Assembly: GCA_963772725.1 (NCBI GenBank)
Contig: CAVYYI010000001.1
Location: 320,001-384,000, forward strand
DNA length: 64,000 bases
Direction: 5' to 3'
Origin: an uncultured Phycisphaerales bacterium
Lineage (GTDB): Bacteria; Planctomycetota; Phycisphaerae; Sedimentisphaerales; Anaerobacaceae
Part shown: positions 62,177 to 64,000 of the stretch, one piece after another
Position numbering within the stretch: position 1 is the first letter of the stretch
Layout of the letters: each line of letters begins with the position of its first letter
Notes under the pieces: generated by a model
What the model was told of the DNA's origin: nothing
Seen by the model: only the letters and a program-made list of their open reading frames with translations
Database searches by the model: none
Translations under genes and position numbers: made by a program

Positions 62177-64000
62177 TTTTGCTTTTTAGTAAGGGCGGCT
62201 TTTAGGCTTTGGGCGGCTTTGGTGAAATTGGGATTAATTCGCAGGGCATTTTGATATTCTGATATGGCCTCGTCAATGCCGCCCTGTTGTTCGAGGAGGA
62301 CGCCGAGGTTGTAGTGCATTTCAAAATCGTCGGGCTGGTTTTTCAGCACAAATCGAAATTGCTCGATAGCCTGTTTTATTTTACCAACAGCGGCAAGGGC
62401 AAGCCCGAAACGTCCGTGCGCGATTATGTTGTTTGGTTCGGCGGCGATGGCCTTATCGTAATATTTCTCGGCCTCGTTGAAATCTCCCTGTTTTGCGAGT
62501 ATGGTCGCGAAACTGCTCATATCGTCCGCGGTAGCGCTGCCCAGCGAAATGGCTTTACGGTACTCGGCAATGGCCTGGCTGGTTTGTTCTGTTTTGCCGA
62601 GAATTGATGCGAGGCCGTAACGTGCCGCTGTGAAATCAGGATTTATCGCAAGGGCTTTTTTGTATTGCTCAATTGCCTGCTCATTTTTGTCCGACTTAGC
62701 AAGTGCGTTCGCGAAATTGGTGAGTATTTCCGGTGAGTCAGGCTTAATCAGCAGGGCCTTTTGGTAATATTGCATGGCGAGGGGTATTTGGCCTTTATCC
62801 GCGAGAGTAATCGCAAAGTTGCTGAGAATTTCCGGATTATCGGGTTCCTGTTTAAGTGCTTCGTTATAATGCCTGATTGCCTCATCGGTGAGTCCTTTTT
62901 TGGCGAGAATATTGGCGAGGCGGAAGTGGACTTTCGAGTTATTTTTTCCTGTTTGCAGCAGGTTGTTGCATATTCTAATCGCCTCATCAAACCTGTTGCT
63001 CAGGAAATACGCCATAATCAGATTGTAATGCGCGTTGATAAACTCAGGGCTGATTTTGACGGCTGTTTTATAGTGGGCGATAGCTTTTTTGTAGTCTTTC
63101 CTTTCGAGGTAAACATTGCCTATGTTCAGATGCGCGATGTGGTTATCGCTTGTTACTTCGAGAGCGTGCGTAAAAAGGGTAAAACTATTTCGCCAATAGC
63201 CAATTTGTACCCAGCTGACAGCGGAAAGGGCCAGTAATGATATAACGGCAGAAGAGATAAGCCAGCTCTTTCGCAAACGCCAATCGGCGGCGATTTCGGC
63301 GGCTCCCCAGGAAATCATAATCAGTAGGCCAATCATTGGGATATACATATATCTGTCGGCCCTTGCCTGGCTGCCCACCTGTATAAGGCCGATGACGGGA
63401 ACAAGGGTTATGACGTACCAGAGCCAGCCGAAAATGAGATAACGTCTTTTGGAATACAAAACAGCCAGCGAGATGCCCGCAAGAAATAGTATCGCAGCGG
63501 GGGTAATCCATATCGCCTGAAGTTTAATATGCGGATAATACACGGTCAGGCCACTGGGGATAAAGGTTTTGATTATATAAATCACATATGTGTTTAAAGC
63601 GTTGCGAATTCTTTCACCGATGCCGAGATAATCGGTAGTTATTACCGCGCCGCCTTTTTTCTGGACGATGAATGTTATGAAACTCGATGCCGCCGCCAAA
63701 ATAAAAAACGGAATCTTTTCTACTACAAGGCGGGAGATAGTCTTCAGTTGGAACTGTTTGACGCGTTTGAGCGGCCAATAATCCAGCAGGAGCAGAATAA
63801 GGGGCAGAGTTACGAGCATGGGTTTAGCCATTAGGCCGAGGATAAAAAATATTAGCGCCAATAGGTATCTGCCGGGTTTTTGATGCTCGGCATAACGAAC
63901 ATACGCCCACATTGTTAGCAGCCAGAATAAAGTACTCAGGACATCTTTTCGTTCTGCGACCCATGCGACCGACTGGATGTGCAGGGGATGCAGGGCGAAA
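62173..64000 (-). CDS. TMTC-like membrane glycosyltransferase-domain protein with C-terminal TPRs (5' end outside window)
   Basis: FALHPLH.QSVAWVAERKDVLS, MAKPMLVTLP, ADRYMYIP, ~9 TPR repeats. Confidence 0.88.
   Translation of the reverse strand, partial: FALHPLHIQSVAWVAERKDVLSTLFWLLTMWAYVRYAEHQKPGRYLLALIFFILGLMAKPMLVTLPLILLLLDYWPLKRVKQFQLKTISRLVVEKIPFFILAAASSFITFIVQKKGGAVITTDYLGIGERIRNALNTYVIYIIKTFIPSGLTVYYPHIKLQAIWITPAAILFLAGISLAVLYSKRRYLIFGWLWYVITLVPVIGLIQVGSQARADRYMYIPMIGLLIMISWGAAEIAADWRLRKSWLISSAVISLLALSAVSWVQIGYWRNSFTLFTHALEVTSDNHIAHLNIGNVYLERKDYKKAIAHYKTAVKISPEFINAHYNLIMAYFLSNRFDEAIRICNNLLQTGKNNSKVHFRLANILAKKGLTDEAIRHYNEALKQEPDNPEILSNFAITLADKGQIPLAMQYYQKALLIKPDSPEILTNFANALAKSDKNEQAIEQYKKALAINPDFTAARYGLASILGKTEQTSQAIAEYRKAISLGSATADDMSSFATILAKQGDFNEAEKYYDKAIAAEPNNIIAHGRFGLALAAVGKIKQAIEQFRFVLKNQPDDFEMHYNLGVLLEQQGGIDEAISEYQNALRINPNFTKAAQSLKAALTKKQN

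Overview
This is a chromosomal window from a Planctomycetota bacterium, probably Phycisphaerae/Sedimentisphaerales-like, judged from 16S signatures and gene content. The assembly looks error-prone: many single-base frameshifts fall in conserved genes. The housekeeping backbone includes coaE, rho, uppP, miaB, an unlinked 16S rRNA gene, queFCE, tRNA-Leu(GAG), smc and leuA-leuC-leuD-leuB. There is also a YbhGFSR-type ABC exporter, an ion-homeostasis cluster, an ECF sigma locus and a corrinoid reductive activator. Accessory parts: (i) three paralogous secreted proteins of unknown family (two complete at ~970 aa, one partial) around an SSS transporter, with a promoter carrying a 21-bp-spaced direct repeat; (ii) a ~3.2-kb AT-rich island (16804-19991) with a Y1/RAYT-like transposase relic, orphan Rhs toxin-tip/immunity cassettes delimited by a TGTCCC-led ~51-bp repeat, and a 16 x 21-bp phased palindrome array; (iii) an MNT-HEPN toxin-antitoxin pair after the tRNA; (iv) a nested insert in the leu operon, where heptamer-built, G4-capable inverted repeats enclose a four-helix-bundle (IVP/Avd-like) gene, a DUF1877 gene and an intact IS with a 10-bp target duplication. 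Relics of similar 7-9-nt repeat families occur at other gene junctions. All family names come from motif recognition by eye; no database searches were run.
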